27,870 nt of DNA from an uncultured archaeon (GCA_964430885.1 CAYSHM010000032.1:1-27870); one strand, 5' to 3'. Numbered from the stretch's first letter, positions 1-9,441 are shown. Translations and numbers: made by a program. Notes: generated by a model not told the origin, from the letters alone.

Positions 1-52
1 CCTGGGTGGATTGAAATTGCCCGAATTTCTGCACAAATTTGTGTGAGGAGCC
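1..52 (+). mobile_element. Right end (IRR) of a probable ISL3-family insertion sequence, including the last codons of the transposase
   Basis: The reverse complement reads GGCTCCTC-ACACA-AATTTGTGCA-N13-TTTCAATC, matching the opposite window end (27818 onward: GGCTCCTC-GTAAG-AATTTGTGCA-N14-TTTCAATC). Frame 2 (2..46) reads LGGLKLPEFLHKFV-stop, like ISL3 transposase C-termini that run into the IR. GGCTC-type termini and AT-rich flanks fit ISL3. Confidence 0.65.
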
Positions 53-56
53 AAAG

Positions 57-64
57 TTATAAAA
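57..64 (+). promoter_or_regulatory. Candidate archaeal TATA box (TTATAAAA) for the 141..1205 gene
   Basis: TATA-like octamer upstream of ATG 141, with a GAGG SD-like motif at 130-133. Motif only, no transcript evidence. Confidence 0.35.
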
Positions 65-140
65 CCCATCACTGCTCTTAACTCAAGCGGAATTGTAAAA
101 ACCAGAGTAGAATTATCACAGGGATTCAAGAGGAAAATCT

Positions 141-1205
141 ATGAGTTATGAAAACGGAACAATACCTAGAAGAATCATATCTAAAAGACAAAAGGCTTCT
201 ACTTTGTCTGAAAAAATTGCTGCTAATATTGCTATAAGCAGATTTCTGATAGAGAATGGTGAATTGGAAAAAGCAGGGATATATTTGGATGAATCCGTGG
301 ACATGTTATCGAATAGCAGTGAGAGCCATGCAGCATTATGTCTTTGGTTAGCATTACTGTATCATAGGCTGAATCATCCCAATCAGGGTATTCATCTAGT
401 CAAAACCGGTCTTAGAGAAGAGAAAGAGAAAAATAATTCAATCGGGAAGAAGTTCAAAAACGGCATAGTTATTGGGGCCCTTTACAAACTTCAAGGTGCA
501 ATATTATTCGATCAAGGCAGGTATGATAGGTCAGAGGATTCTTTTAACAAGGCAAAGATACGTTTTCACAGATCAGGGCTTGAATATCAGGAAGCAGATT
601 CAATGCTTTGGGAGATAAAGGCAATATTAAAGAGGGAAGGATTATTGGATATGATAATGAATACCTCTTTTAAGAACCCAAATGATCTGGATCGGGATGA
701 AATTGATGTGATAGATGACTGTTTGAGTAGATTGAGGCAAGCCGTAAAGGTCATGAAGGACAGTTACCGCCCCCAGAATTTGATATCCCGTTTAATATTC
801 GGTCCCCGATTATCACTGAGCAGAATCTGGTTTTGGCATAGACTGCTCTTTTTTGAATGTTCCATGGAATGGAACTGCGGTTATTACTTGATGGTCGCCG
901 AGAGCGCCCAATCCATGATCGACCTTGGATTTAATGTTAAGCAGCGAAAATTGATAGTGGAAGGAAGAGTTATCAGGGCCAGATCCCTAACCATGATGGG
1001 TAAGAGCAATGAGGCCGTGAAATTGCTTGGAGATGCTCTTAATTGGCTGAAAAGATTAGAGGTGGAAGAGAAAAGGGTGATATCTCATACCTTAGAACTG
1101 ATAGGTGATGGTTCATTGAAGCCAAATGAATCTCAATTAGATGATAATAATTCCAATGAAGACTGGGATGAGGACTTCAATGATGCGGATTTGACCGAAT
1201 GGTAA
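141..1205 (+). CDS. TPR-like alpha-helical repeat protein with an acidic C-terminal tail
   Basis: 354-aa ORF with TPR-like helical pairs (GELEKAGIYLDES, GAILFDQGRYDRSEDSFNKA, ARSLTMMGKSNEAVKLLGDAL) and a D/E-rich tail. Confidence 0.65.
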   Translation: MSYENGTIPRRIISKRQKASTLSEKIAANIAISRFLIENGELEKAGIYLDESVDMLSNSSESHAALCLWLALLYHRLNHPNQGIHLVKTGLREEKEKNNSIGKKFKNGIVIGALYKLQGAILFDQGRYDRSEDSFNKAKIRFHRSGLEYQEADSMLWEIKAILKREGLLDMIMNTSFKNPNDLDRDEIDVIDDCLSRLRQAVKVMKDSYRPQNLISRLIFGPRLSLSRIWFWHRLLFFECSMEWNCGYYLMVAESAQSMIDLGFNVKQRKLIVEGRVIRARSLTMMGKSNEAVKLLGDALNWLKRLEVEEKRVISHTLELIGDGSLKPNESQLDDNNSNEDWDEDFNDADLTEW

Positions 1206-1323
1206 TGTAAAGTGAGGTTTCAGGGCTGACAGGAAAAAATTTCGATTTGAAAATAATAATAATGAAAAATTATTAAAAAAGATAATTTTACACTCCCTGC
1301 AGTATCTTTATTTTATTTCTGCA

Positions 1324-3120
1324 TCATCTGGAGGTGGCATCTGATTCATCCACCCATAAAAGGTCCCTTTTCCTTTTCAAAAATCCTCCGGTAAAAAGAG
1401 AAACGATTCCAAATCCCATAGTTGAGTAGGGCACTATGGTCGAGCCCAGCAGAATCAGAAAGCTCATTTCTTCTGCATTATCTACCAATTCTTTCTGGGA
1501 TGCTGAACTGAGCTCCAGTGTGCCTGTGAATACCATCAGCCTTTTTTCAGAGTAGGGGAAAAACCCTCTGGCTTGATTAATAAAATTCCTCGATTCTTCG
1601 ATGCTGTTCGAATCCATGATGACATCCACAGATGCAATTAGTGTTTTGTTCTCATAGTCATAAGGATCGTTAACGCTTAATATGCTTAGGCTGAAATTGA
1701 GATGTATATCATATATTATTCCGGTCTCTGCATCGGCCCAGTATTCCTGATATCCGTCGTAGATCATGACCATGTTTTCCACTTTAGAATCCAGTGGTTT
1801 CATGTTGTAGTTTTCAGCAGCTATCATGAATTTATATGTATTCATTCCCCTGTGTTCCTCTTGGCCCTGGAAAATGCAGTCCATAGTGGTATTTGTTACC
1901 TGATTGAACCAATCGAATTTCTTCGGTTTCTTGCTCATGTCACCGAAAGGAAACATCCAGTTTCCTTCTCTCCGGTCATAAAGATTGGTCCCTTTCAATC
2001 TAGGCTCATAGACATGCTCTGCAGTGTTCTGGTTAATGGAAATCTTTCTTTTATACACCGGTAATTGATATACCTCCGGAAGTTTTTCACCTGTATTGGA
2101 ATCATATCCTGTCATATTCTCCCACATTACCAGAGTGCTGCCCAGCTGCAGTGTGGTGGTTATATTGTAAGGGACCTCCATGTCCACATTTACTTTCTTG
2201 GTGGTATCGACCATGTCCACTAACAGGGCTTTTCCTATAAGCAGCCTGTTCTGCACCAATCCGTCGGGAACCTTAAGGAGATCCGGAAGGTCCGAGTGAA
2301 GTGTCATCTGTCTATCAACGTCAACGGGAATTCCAGTCCTCTTCTCAAACCAGTAGTTGGTATTTCCTGTGAAATTTATGATTATGGGGGGAACAGGTCC
2401 CATTGCCTCATATTCTCCCAGATATTCATTGTTCATCTTCATCCTGTATTCCAATGTGTCCAAACCTTTGATCTCTTTCTTACCTTCGTAGCTGATCAAT
2501 CCGATAGAGCTAGTATCCAGATTGAAAAAGGGATATTCATCTTCATCAATACTGTTCATTGGCAGTAAAAGCTGTCCGCCCCCACCGCTCAATATTTCGC
2601 CGGTTCTTCTGTCGACATTCATTTCCTTGGATTCCTCAATTATGCCCTCGTACTTGGATATGAGGTCAACATTGTTATCTTCGTCCATGAGGGACACGGT
2701 TTGATTCACGGGAATCTCATTTCCTTGTGACTTCCCGAATTTGGTACTGATGGAAGCGGATATGTTGATTGATTCCCGAGCACCGTTGGATTCGTTGATC
2801 ACATTGGCTTTACCTACAAGAGAAATGGTCATCTCCATATTATCAGGGATCACAGCCATTTTTGGGAAGATCACTACACTCCAGATGAATGAGAATGCCA
2901 GCAGAAGTATAGCAAATGTAATCAATATCAAAGGCAGATAGCGGGCTTTGGTATGTCTTTCCTTTGTGACCTTGAAAAGCTTTTTCAAATTTGCCCGGTT
3001 GAATTCTATTTCCTTCAGGTTGATGGTTCTGGATCCAACTTTGATTATATGCCAATTACTGTCCTTATCAGTCTTTTTGCCGGATGAACCTTTGCCTTTG
3101 TTTACCTTTGACCTGCCCAT
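1324..3120 (-). CDS. DUF3068 / 'porin PorA family'-like membrane protein with two domain copies
   Basis: 598 aa. Basic N-terminus, N-terminal TM (YLPLILITFAILLLAFSFIWSVVIFP) and C-terminal TM. Duplicated motifs: VDRRTGE/INQNTAE, YPFFN/FDWFN, GLDTLEY/GMNTYKF, YWFEKRTGIPVD/YWADAETGIIYD. Confidence 0.65.
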   Translation of the reverse strand: MGRSKVNKGKGSSGKKTDKDSNWHIIKVGSRTINLKEIEFNRANLKKLFKVTKERHTKARYLPLILITFAILLLAFSFIWSVVIFPKMAVIPDNMEMTISLVGKANVINESNGARESINISASISTKFGKSQGNEIPVNQTVSLMDEDNNVDLISKYEGIIEESKEMNVDRRTGEILSGGGGQLLLPMNSIDEDEYPFFNLDTSSIGLISYEGKKEIKGLDTLEYRMKMNNEYLGEYEAMGPVPPIIINFTGNTNYWFEKRTGIPVDVDRQMTLHSDLPDLLKVPDGLVQNRLLIGKALLVDMVDTTKKVNVDMEVPYNITTTLQLGSTLVMWENMTGYDSNTGEKLPEVYQLPVYKRKISINQNTAEHVYEPRLKGTNLYDRREGNWMFPFGDMSKKPKKFDWFNQVTNTTMDCIFQGQEEHRGMNTYKFMIAAENYNMKPLDSKVENMVMIYDGYQEYWADAETGIIYDIHLNFSLSILSVNDPYDYENKTLIASVDVIMDSNSIEESRNFINQARGFFPYSEKRLMVFTGTLELSSASQKELVDNAEEMSFLILLGSTIVPYSTMGFGIVSLFTGGFLKRKRDLLWVDESDATSR

Positions 3121-3498
3121 GCTGATGACCTGCTGAAATGGATGAATTAGGTATTGAAGATATTATTATATCAATTCTTTAAATGGCATTTCGATTATTT
3201 ATAACCCTACTGTGTTTATTCATGCCACCGCTTAAAAGAAATGATCATACAACCAACAATCACTTTGTTCATTCGGATGTTTTATTTTCTAAAAACCCTA
3301 TCCCTTCCGAGATTGAACCCATTGAAGAATTTCAGAAAAACCCTTAAGTTTGAAATACATAGATTATCAGTTAATATTGACAAAGGAATATTTTAATGAA
3401 TTTGCTTTGAAAAAACTGTGAGGTACTCATGAAATAAACACCTTAAAACCTTGATTTTTATATCAATAAATTGTATTGTGTTCTTACGGAGATATTGT

Positions 3499-6400
3499 AT
3501 GAGAAAAAAATACATCGTCCGCTGCATTGTTTTGTTGGGTATTATATTTCTATTAACAGGCCAACATATCGGAGGTGTTTTTTCAATAAAAGAAGAATCC
3601 AAATCGCTAAATGCATCTTGCCCAGTCAAATCCTCTCTGATATATGCGGCCAATAATAATAATAATAATAATAATAATAATCCAGACCTAAGAAATGGCG
3701 GTCCAAGCTATCACGCCACACCATGGCAGTCCTTTACTGTTGATGACAGATTCGGTGTAGGTACATATACTTCATTGGCCGCTGATGATGAGGGTGCTCT
3801 GCATATCAGCTATTATGATTCTTTCTCCGGTTCTCTCAAATACGCATACCGCCACTATGGTGATTGGGAATTAAGCACCATTAAGAGTGATGAGGATCTA
3901 GGTCAGTATACTTCAATAACCATTGACAATTCAAGGCACCCCCATATTAGTTATTACGATTCGGCCCACGGAGATCTCCGTTATATTCACTGGGACGGCA
4001 ATAATTGGCATGATCATCTGTTGGATTCACAGGGTGATGTGGGTATGTATTCCTCTATAGATATTGACCGGAACGGTTTTCCTCATCTATCATACTATGA
4101 TTCGACCAATGGGGATCTGAAGTATTATATCCTCGGCAACCAGTGGTATTATTACACATTGAAATCCATAGGGAATGTGGGAAGGTATTCTCAGATAGAA
4201 ATAGACAGCAGCGGACGCCCACATATTGTTTATCTGAACGTTGACACGGGTGAACTGCACTATACTTGGTGGAGCGGCGAGATTTGGGTGAATGACACAA
4301 TAACTTCTCAGGTAGGAGGTCATGTATCATTTGTTCTAGATGGGAATGATATGCCCCATATCAGCCATTATGATATGGTTGATCACTGTTTGGTTTACTC
4401 ACACCATAACGGCAATGGATGGATATCAACCATAATCGATCAGCAGGGATTTACCGGAACCTACACTTCCATCACAATAGATCGGTTTAATCGTCCTCTT
4501 ATAAGCTATTACGATCAAACCAGCAAGATACTGAAGTTTGCTTATGATGAAGGTCACGGATGGAATACGACCAGTGCGGATGACCAACCGCAGGTAGGCA
4601 CCTTTACTTCTATCGATGTTGCGGGGGATGATTCCATTTTTATCAGCTATTATGATGAGACCCGCTCCTCTCTAAAATGCGCGGTCCTAGATATGGCGGA
4701 TCCGGCCTTCATATCAAATTATGTCACCCAGCCTACGACCGGTGATGAATGTCAATTTACCGTCAATGCAAGGGATAATATCGAAGTGGTTCTGGTCAGG
4801 GTTAATTATACCTATGACGAAGTGCATTATCATGCCCAGAATCTCCTATACCAAGGGAATGAGGTTTGGGAAGGTTCCATTCTGATTTCCAATTATTCCT
4901 CGACGATCATATTCAGTTTTCTATTGATGGACCTCGCCAATAATTATCATTTGACTGACACCCATCTCCGCACGGTCCAGGATAACGACCCTCCAGTATA
5001 TCACGGATCTTATTCCAACGACACCCCTGCAACCGGTGATCCGTTTCAGCTGATGATAAACTCATCGGATAACATCGGAATATCATCGGTTAATGTGATT
5101 TTTGATTTTGATCATGGCAATATCCTTAATGTTTCCATGACCGAGACTGAAAAGGATATATGGGTAAGGCGCATAGATATACCCAAGAACGCCCGCAGAT
5201 TGTTCTACAGTTTTCTGGTCCGCGATCAGAATTCCAATAATCTTCAGGTAAGGGATGACGAAGATAATGGTTTTGTATTGAACATAACCGATGATATTTC
5301 TCCTGATGCTGGCAATTATGAGGATATTTATGTGGATCAGGATGAAGAAGTGATCTTCAATGCTGATTCCAGTCATGATAATAGGGGAATATCTGATTAT
5401 ATCTGGAGTATTGAATTGGTTTCCGAGACCCATGTTGTTCATGGGCAATATGTGGCTTACACCTTCGGTGATCCGGGGTGTTATTCGGTTACCCTGACGG
5501 TCAGGGATGAAACAGGCAATTCAGACAATGCTACCTTTCAGGTCTATGTCAAGGACACGGTAACACCCTTGATAAAACTGGGTGATGATCGAACCATCTT
5601 CCAGAACGATACAATTACTCTAAATCCTTCCAGGACCTGGGACAATGTAGGGATCAAGGATTATGAATGGACCTTCACATATGGCGGCAGTGAAAGAATA
5701 TTCCGTGAACGGACCCTTGTGTTCAGGTTTGAAATACCTGGTCTATTCAATATCAGCTGCAGGGTTAATGACAATGCTTCAAATTTTGATGTGGATTACA
5801 TTTTAATCAAGGTCTTGGATACGGCTCCTCCACTGGCTTTTATCTATGCGGATACCTCGCAGGATGTGATTTCTCCGGGTGCTGTTATCAAACTTTTCGG
5901 TGATGGATCAATAGACAATGTCGGAATTGTCAATTATACCTGGATTTATGAGGGCGGAGGGACCAGCGGGAAGGAGTTTGGTGATATTATCACTTTGAAA
6001 TTCATCAATACTGGAATATACAATATAACCCTCACAGTAAGAGATCTTGAGGGTAATTTGGATACTGATAACCATATCATCAGGGTAATGGACAATGTCC
6101 CTCCTGTGATCATCATTAGAATGGGTGATGCAAAGATATCAAACGGCGGTTTTTATAATATCGAGAAAGACACATTTCCGGTCTTGGATGCCTCTCGTTC
6201 ACACGATGAAGGCGGGATACATAATTACTCATGGTTATTGGAGCATCAGAGCGGGGATGAATTGTTATACGGACCTATGATCCAGCCGTCGCTTCAGGAA
6301 CCAGGGATCTATATAGTGACATTGACAGTAGAGGATGTCAGCGGTAATAAGGAGAAATGGGAGTTCTTCTTGGAGACCGGGGGAATTTCCGGTATTTCAG

Positions 6401-7143
6401 ATAAGGGATTGGAACTGCCGTTGCCGTACTGGATAGTTGTCACTCTATTATCATTTCTTTTTGTATTGCTGGTGGTTTTCATAATCATAGTTCTTCTCCG
6501 CCGAAGCATGAAAAATATAAAGGAGGGGTCCCGGCGAAAGACCATTAGAAAGTCCCTGAAGTGCAATCTCTGCTCCGAATTTATTGAATATTCCTTCTTT
6601 GCGTACAAATGCAGCTGCGGTCTCGTTTATCATATGAATTGTATAAGATCTCGGGGAGAATGCACCGGATGCGGTATGGACCTGGAATTGGATATGGATT
6701 ATTCAATGGATGATACATCTTTGGCCGACACGTCCTCTTCGGTATATGCTGCTTCAGCCTCGGTCCATGCCAGTCATGGAAGAAGGGAATCATCGGGAAA
6801 TGGTATTACCGGTCAGGAGCAGCGTGGGGATTACAGCAACAATTATGGAAATAATGTTGATTATGATGCTAAGAAACCCAGGCGAAACATATACTTCAGA
6901 AGGGCGCCTTTTTCCTTTGAGCATATGGTAATGGAAGCTTGTGATTTCTACAATCTCCTCTTGGATAAATCAAATTCCGATCTGCGTTTAGATTACAGTG
7001 CTAACCCCACAGAACTAAAAAAGGCCCGCAGGATCATTATTAAATATTACCATCCGGATATATCCAAGAAGAACAAGGAATCTGCAACCCGGATAATGCA
7101 GCAGGCAAATGCCGCCTGGGAGATACTTAAAAATGTGAAATAG
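3499..7143 (+). CDS. Single-pass surface protein: 7-bladed beta-propeller, Ig-like and 4 PKD domains, TM helix, C4HC3 RING-like finger, C-terminal DnaJ (J) domain
   Basis: The ORF track starts at TTG 3451, but ATG 3499 has a GGAGA SD (3488-3492) and gives a signal peptide (MRKKYIVRCIVLLGIIFLL). Seven GxYTSIxID..PHISYYD..LKY repeats, PKD motifs (SxDNxGIxxYxW..PGxYxVTLTVxD), TM at about 6427-6498, Zn finger at 6562-6672, J-domain ELKKARR..YHPD..QANAAWEIL. Confidence 0.85.
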   Translation: MRKKYIVRCIVLLGIIFLLTGQHIGGVFSIKEESKSLNASCPVKSSLIYAANNNNNNNNNNPDLRNGGPSYHATPWQSFTVDDRFGVGTYTSLAADDEGALHISYYDSFSGSLKYAYRHYGDWELSTIKSDEDLGQYTSITIDNSRHPHISYYDSAHGDLRYIHWDGNNWHDHLLDSQGDVGMYSSIDIDRNGFPHLSYYDSTNGDLKYYILGNQWYYYTLKSIGNVGRYSQIEIDSSGRPHIVYLNVDTGELHYTWWSGEIWVNDTITSQVGGHVSFVLDGNDMPHISHYDMVDHCLVYSHHNGNGWISTIIDQQGFTGTYTSITIDRFNRPLISYYDQTSKILKFAYDEGHGWNTTSADDQPQVGTFTSIDVAGDDSIFISYYDETRSSLKCAVLDMADPAFISNYVTQPTTGDECQFTVNARDNIEVVLVRVNYTYDEVHYHAQNLLYQGNEVWEGSILISNYSSTIIFSFLLMDLANNYHLTDTHLRTVQDNDPPVYHGSYSNDTPATGDPFQLMINSSDNIGISSVNVIFDFDHGNILNVSMTETEKDIWVRRIDIPKNARRLFYSFLVRDQNSNNLQVRDDEDNGFVLNITDDISPDAGNYEDIYVDQDEEVIFNADSSHDNRGISDYIWSIELVSETHVVHGQYVAYTFGDPGCYSVTLTVRDETGNSDNATFQVYVKDTVTPLIKLGDDRTIFQNDTITLNPSRTWDNVGIKDYEWTFTYGGSERIFRERTLVFRFEIPGLFNISCRVNDNASNFDVDYILIKVLDTAPPLAFIYADTSQDVISPGAVIKLFGDGSIDNVGIVNYTWIYEGGGTSGKEFGDIITLKFINTGIYNITLTVRDLEGNLDTDNHIIRVMDNVPPVIIIRMGDAKISNGGFYNIEKDTFPVLDASRSHDEGGIHNYSWLLEHQSGDELLYGPMIQPSLQEPGIYIVTLTVEDVSGNKEKWEFFLETGGISGISDKGLELPLPYWIVVTLLSFLFVLLVVFIIIVLLRRSMKNIKEGSRRKTIRKSLKCNLCSEFIEYSFFAYKCSCGLVYHMNCIRSRGECTGCGMDLELDMDYSMDDTSLADTSSSVYAASASVHASHGRRESSGNGITGQEQRGDYSNNYGNNVDYDAKKPRRNIYFRRAPFSFEHMVMEACDFYNLLLDKSNSDLRLDYSANPTELKKARRIIIKYYHPDISKKNKESATRIMQQANAAWEILKNVK
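3652..3681 (+). repeat. Perfect (AAT)10 microsatellite encoding poly-Asn
   Basis: 30 nt of uninterrupted AAT, in frame, giving N10 between the signal region and the propeller. Confidence 0.95.
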
Positions 7144-7179
7144 GACCTGGACGTAATGTCTTATCGTGAATCAGCTATT

Positions 7180-9297
7180 TCATTGAAATTTTATGATCAA
7201 TTCAACGACATCCGGAAAATCTATCCCAAGTTCTCTGACCTTATCCAGGGTTGGAACCCCGTCATTGGTCCATCCTCTCCGCTTATAGACCGCATCTTTC
7301 AGATGTTCGTACTGCTCTTCCCTGTATTTTCTTAATTGATCCAGTTTATACTGGGTGGACTTTCCATCTGTAGCAATCCCTATCTTCTTGAGCTGGCCGT
7401 CATATCTGTCTGAACGGGATTCGTATTCCTCAATGCTTACTGGGCCCACAGACCTGTAGGGAATGTCATCATGTTGTCTTCTGCCCTTTCCCAGGCGGAG
7501 ATTGAATATTCTCTGGAAATTGTAAACCTTTTCACTCATTGAAATCAGATCGTCAGGGGTGACCTCCCGTCCAGTCACTGAACTGAAGAACTCAGCGTAC
7601 CATTTCACATGTTTTATGACCTTAGCAGGTTCCGGGGTGTCCTTGTTGTCGGTAGGGACGATGTCGTTCCACGGAAGTTTGCACAGCCCGTTCAATCCGA
7701 ACCAGGTCCTCCACATTGGGAACCAATGGAGTGCTTCAGCCTTCTGTTCAAAGGTAGGCATGAAATTATGGACCATATCCAGAAAGATCAGCCATGCCTC
7801 GTCATGCTGTGGCCCTTTCAAAGCCAGCCCGTATCCTCCCTGCTGGGCAAGGGATTCCTTGGTAACATATTCACTATACTCCAGCCCTTTGCATTCCATC
7901 CCTATATCCCACATGAGCTTACGGTCAGCACCTAACTCTTTCTCAAAATATTTCTTCATGTACCGGACGCCCTTTCCCACTATGGCTCCGAATCCCTCAC
8001 CTTTGGCCATCTGGTGAACTATCTCAAGGGCAGCTTCCTTGTTGCCGAATGTTAATTGAATCCCGCCAGTAGCATCCTTGTTGATAAGACCTCTCTCATA
8101 GCATTCCATGGCAAAGGCGGTGGCAGTCCCTACGGATATTGTGTCCAATCCATAGGTGTCGCAGTAGAAATTCATCTCGATGACATGATCTGGATCGAAA
8201 ATACCGCAGTTGCTTCCGCATCCGGCAATTGTCTCGTATTCTGGTCCATCAACAAATACTGGCTGGTCCTTGAACTTGCCGGTCTTGGGTATGAAGTTTT
8301 TAACCCCGTGTGCACATGCTACCGTACAGCCAATCCAGCATCCGTCAAAACCCTTATCGAACCTTTCCCTGTAGGATTCCCTTCCCATTTTCGGGGCGTC
8401 AGGATGACTGCCGTACTGGAAATTATTGGTGGGCAGCAGGTCATAGTCATTCATTATCTCGGTAAGATGCGCTGTTCCCACCTGGGCCATTTCGTTCTGA
8501 AGGGCGTCAAGTTCTCTTATCTCGCTGGAGTGCTGCTTAGCCACAGTTCTAAGTCTTTCTTGGTCATGAGGATTGTTGAGTGCTACATTCACCTTCGGGG
8601 AGCGGACAACTATTGCCTTGATCCCCTTGTCTCTGAAAACGGTTCCCGCCCCCCCCCTTCCCGCCTGCTTGTATCTCGCTATCTTTCTACCTATGTCGTA
8701 CCAAGAGAAATTGAGGCAGCCCATGTTGGAGTTTTTGGCGCCTGGACCTGCAGCTACCACTGAAATGCTTCTAGGCTCTTCCTGCCCGAAATGCTGGGTG
8801 CATTTCTCGCATATCAGATGCCCCTCGTCGGGAAGCCATGTTCCGTCCTCAATGGTTACCTTGTTCCCAACTCCGTCAATGAAGATTATTACATCCTCCT
8901 GTACCTTTCCCTGGACCTCCAGAGCATCGAAACCTGCAAACTTCAGGTAAGGTCCGAAATATCCTCCGACATTAGAATCTATCACAATATCAGTAAGGGG
9001 AGAGATAGTTGTAACAATGCTTTTTCCGCTTCCGGGATAAATAGGGGTTCCTCCCAGAGGTCCCGAGGATATACAGATTTCATTTTCCGGGTCATCCCAG
9101 CGGGTATCATCATTCACGGCCTGCCATAGCAGCCAGAGATCAAATCCTTTTCCTCCAATAAACTTCTCTTTCATCTCATCTGTGACATCTTTAGTTTTCA
9201 TTTCTTTTTTCTGAATGTCAATGTGAAGAGTTCGATTGGCATATCCCTTTTTTATTGTTCCTTTGTCATATTCAAATATCTTTATTGGGTTGGACAT
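7180..9297 (-). CDS. aor: Aldehyde:ferredoxin oxidoreductase family protein (tungsten-pterin, 4Fe-4S)
   Basis: 705 aa with family motifs FIGGKG, SPLT..DSNVGG, AGRGGAG, CWIGCTVAC, GPEYET, CDTYGLDTIS, RGWTNDGVPT. SD AAGGTGG upstream. Substrate subfamily cannot be determined by eye. Confidence 0.92.
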   Translation of the reverse strand: MSNPIKIFEYDKGTIKKGYANRTLHIDIQKKEMKTKDVTDEMKEKFIGGKGFDLWLLWQAVNDDTRWDDPENEICISSGPLGGTPIYPGSGKSIVTTISPLTDIVIDSNVGGYFGPYLKFAGFDALEVQGKVQEDVIIFIDGVGNKVTIEDGTWLPDEGHLICEKCTQHFGQEEPRSISVVAAGPGAKNSNMGCLNFSWYDIGRKIARYKQAGRGGAGTVFRDKGIKAIVVRSPKVNVALNNPHDQERLRTVAKQHSSEIRELDALQNEMAQVGTAHLTEIMNDYDLLPTNNFQYGSHPDAPKMGRESYRERFDKGFDGCWIGCTVACAHGVKNFIPKTGKFKDQPVFVDGPEYETIAGCGSNCGIFDPDHVIEMNFYCDTYGLDTISVGTATAFAMECYERGLINKDATGGIQLTFGNKEAALEIVHQMAKGEGFGAIVGKGVRYMKKYFEKELGADRKLMWDIGMECKGLEYSEYVTKESLAQQGGYGLALKGPQHDEAWLIFLDMVHNFMPTFEQKAEALHWFPMWRTWFGLNGLCKLPWNDIVPTDNKDTPEPAKVIKHVKWYAEFFSSVTGREVTPDDLISMSEKVYNFQRIFNLRLGKGRRQHDDIPYRSVGPVSIEEYESRSDRYDGQLKKIGIATDGKSTQYKLDQLRKYREEQYEHLKDAVYKRRGWTNDGVPTLDKVRELGIDFPDVVELIIKFQ

Positions 9298-9433
9298 CTG
9301 TGACCACCTTGTTATTTCGTTTTTTCTTACTAGGTATTTCCCTAAGCATATGTAAAATTGGAAGTGAGATCAAGACATATCAATGTCATTTCCCAACTGC
9401 TCACTTCAATTAATATCGGCCATGGTTGGAAAA

Positions 9434-9441
9434 ATATAAAA
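9434..9441 (-). promoter_or_regulatory. Candidate TATA box (TTTTATAT) for aor, implying a leader of about 110 nt
   Basis: TATA-like motif on the minus strand about 137 nt upstream of the aor ATG. Motif only. Confidence 0.3.

Noticed and set aside
3393-3656. Short ORFs overlapping the start of the 3499 gene
   Set aside because: They are AT-rich chance ORFs overlapping a well-supported signal-peptide region.
8649-8657. C9 homopolymer (G9 on the coding strand) in aor as a phase-variation tract
   Set aside because: It encodes the conserved AGRGG motif and the frame is intact. There is no evidence of switching.
7559-9129. Several long plus-strand ORFs (up to 235 aa) opposite aor
   Set aside because: They are antisense shadows of a strongly conserved gene, with no motifs or SD support. 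The same applies to the many short ORFs nested in other genes.
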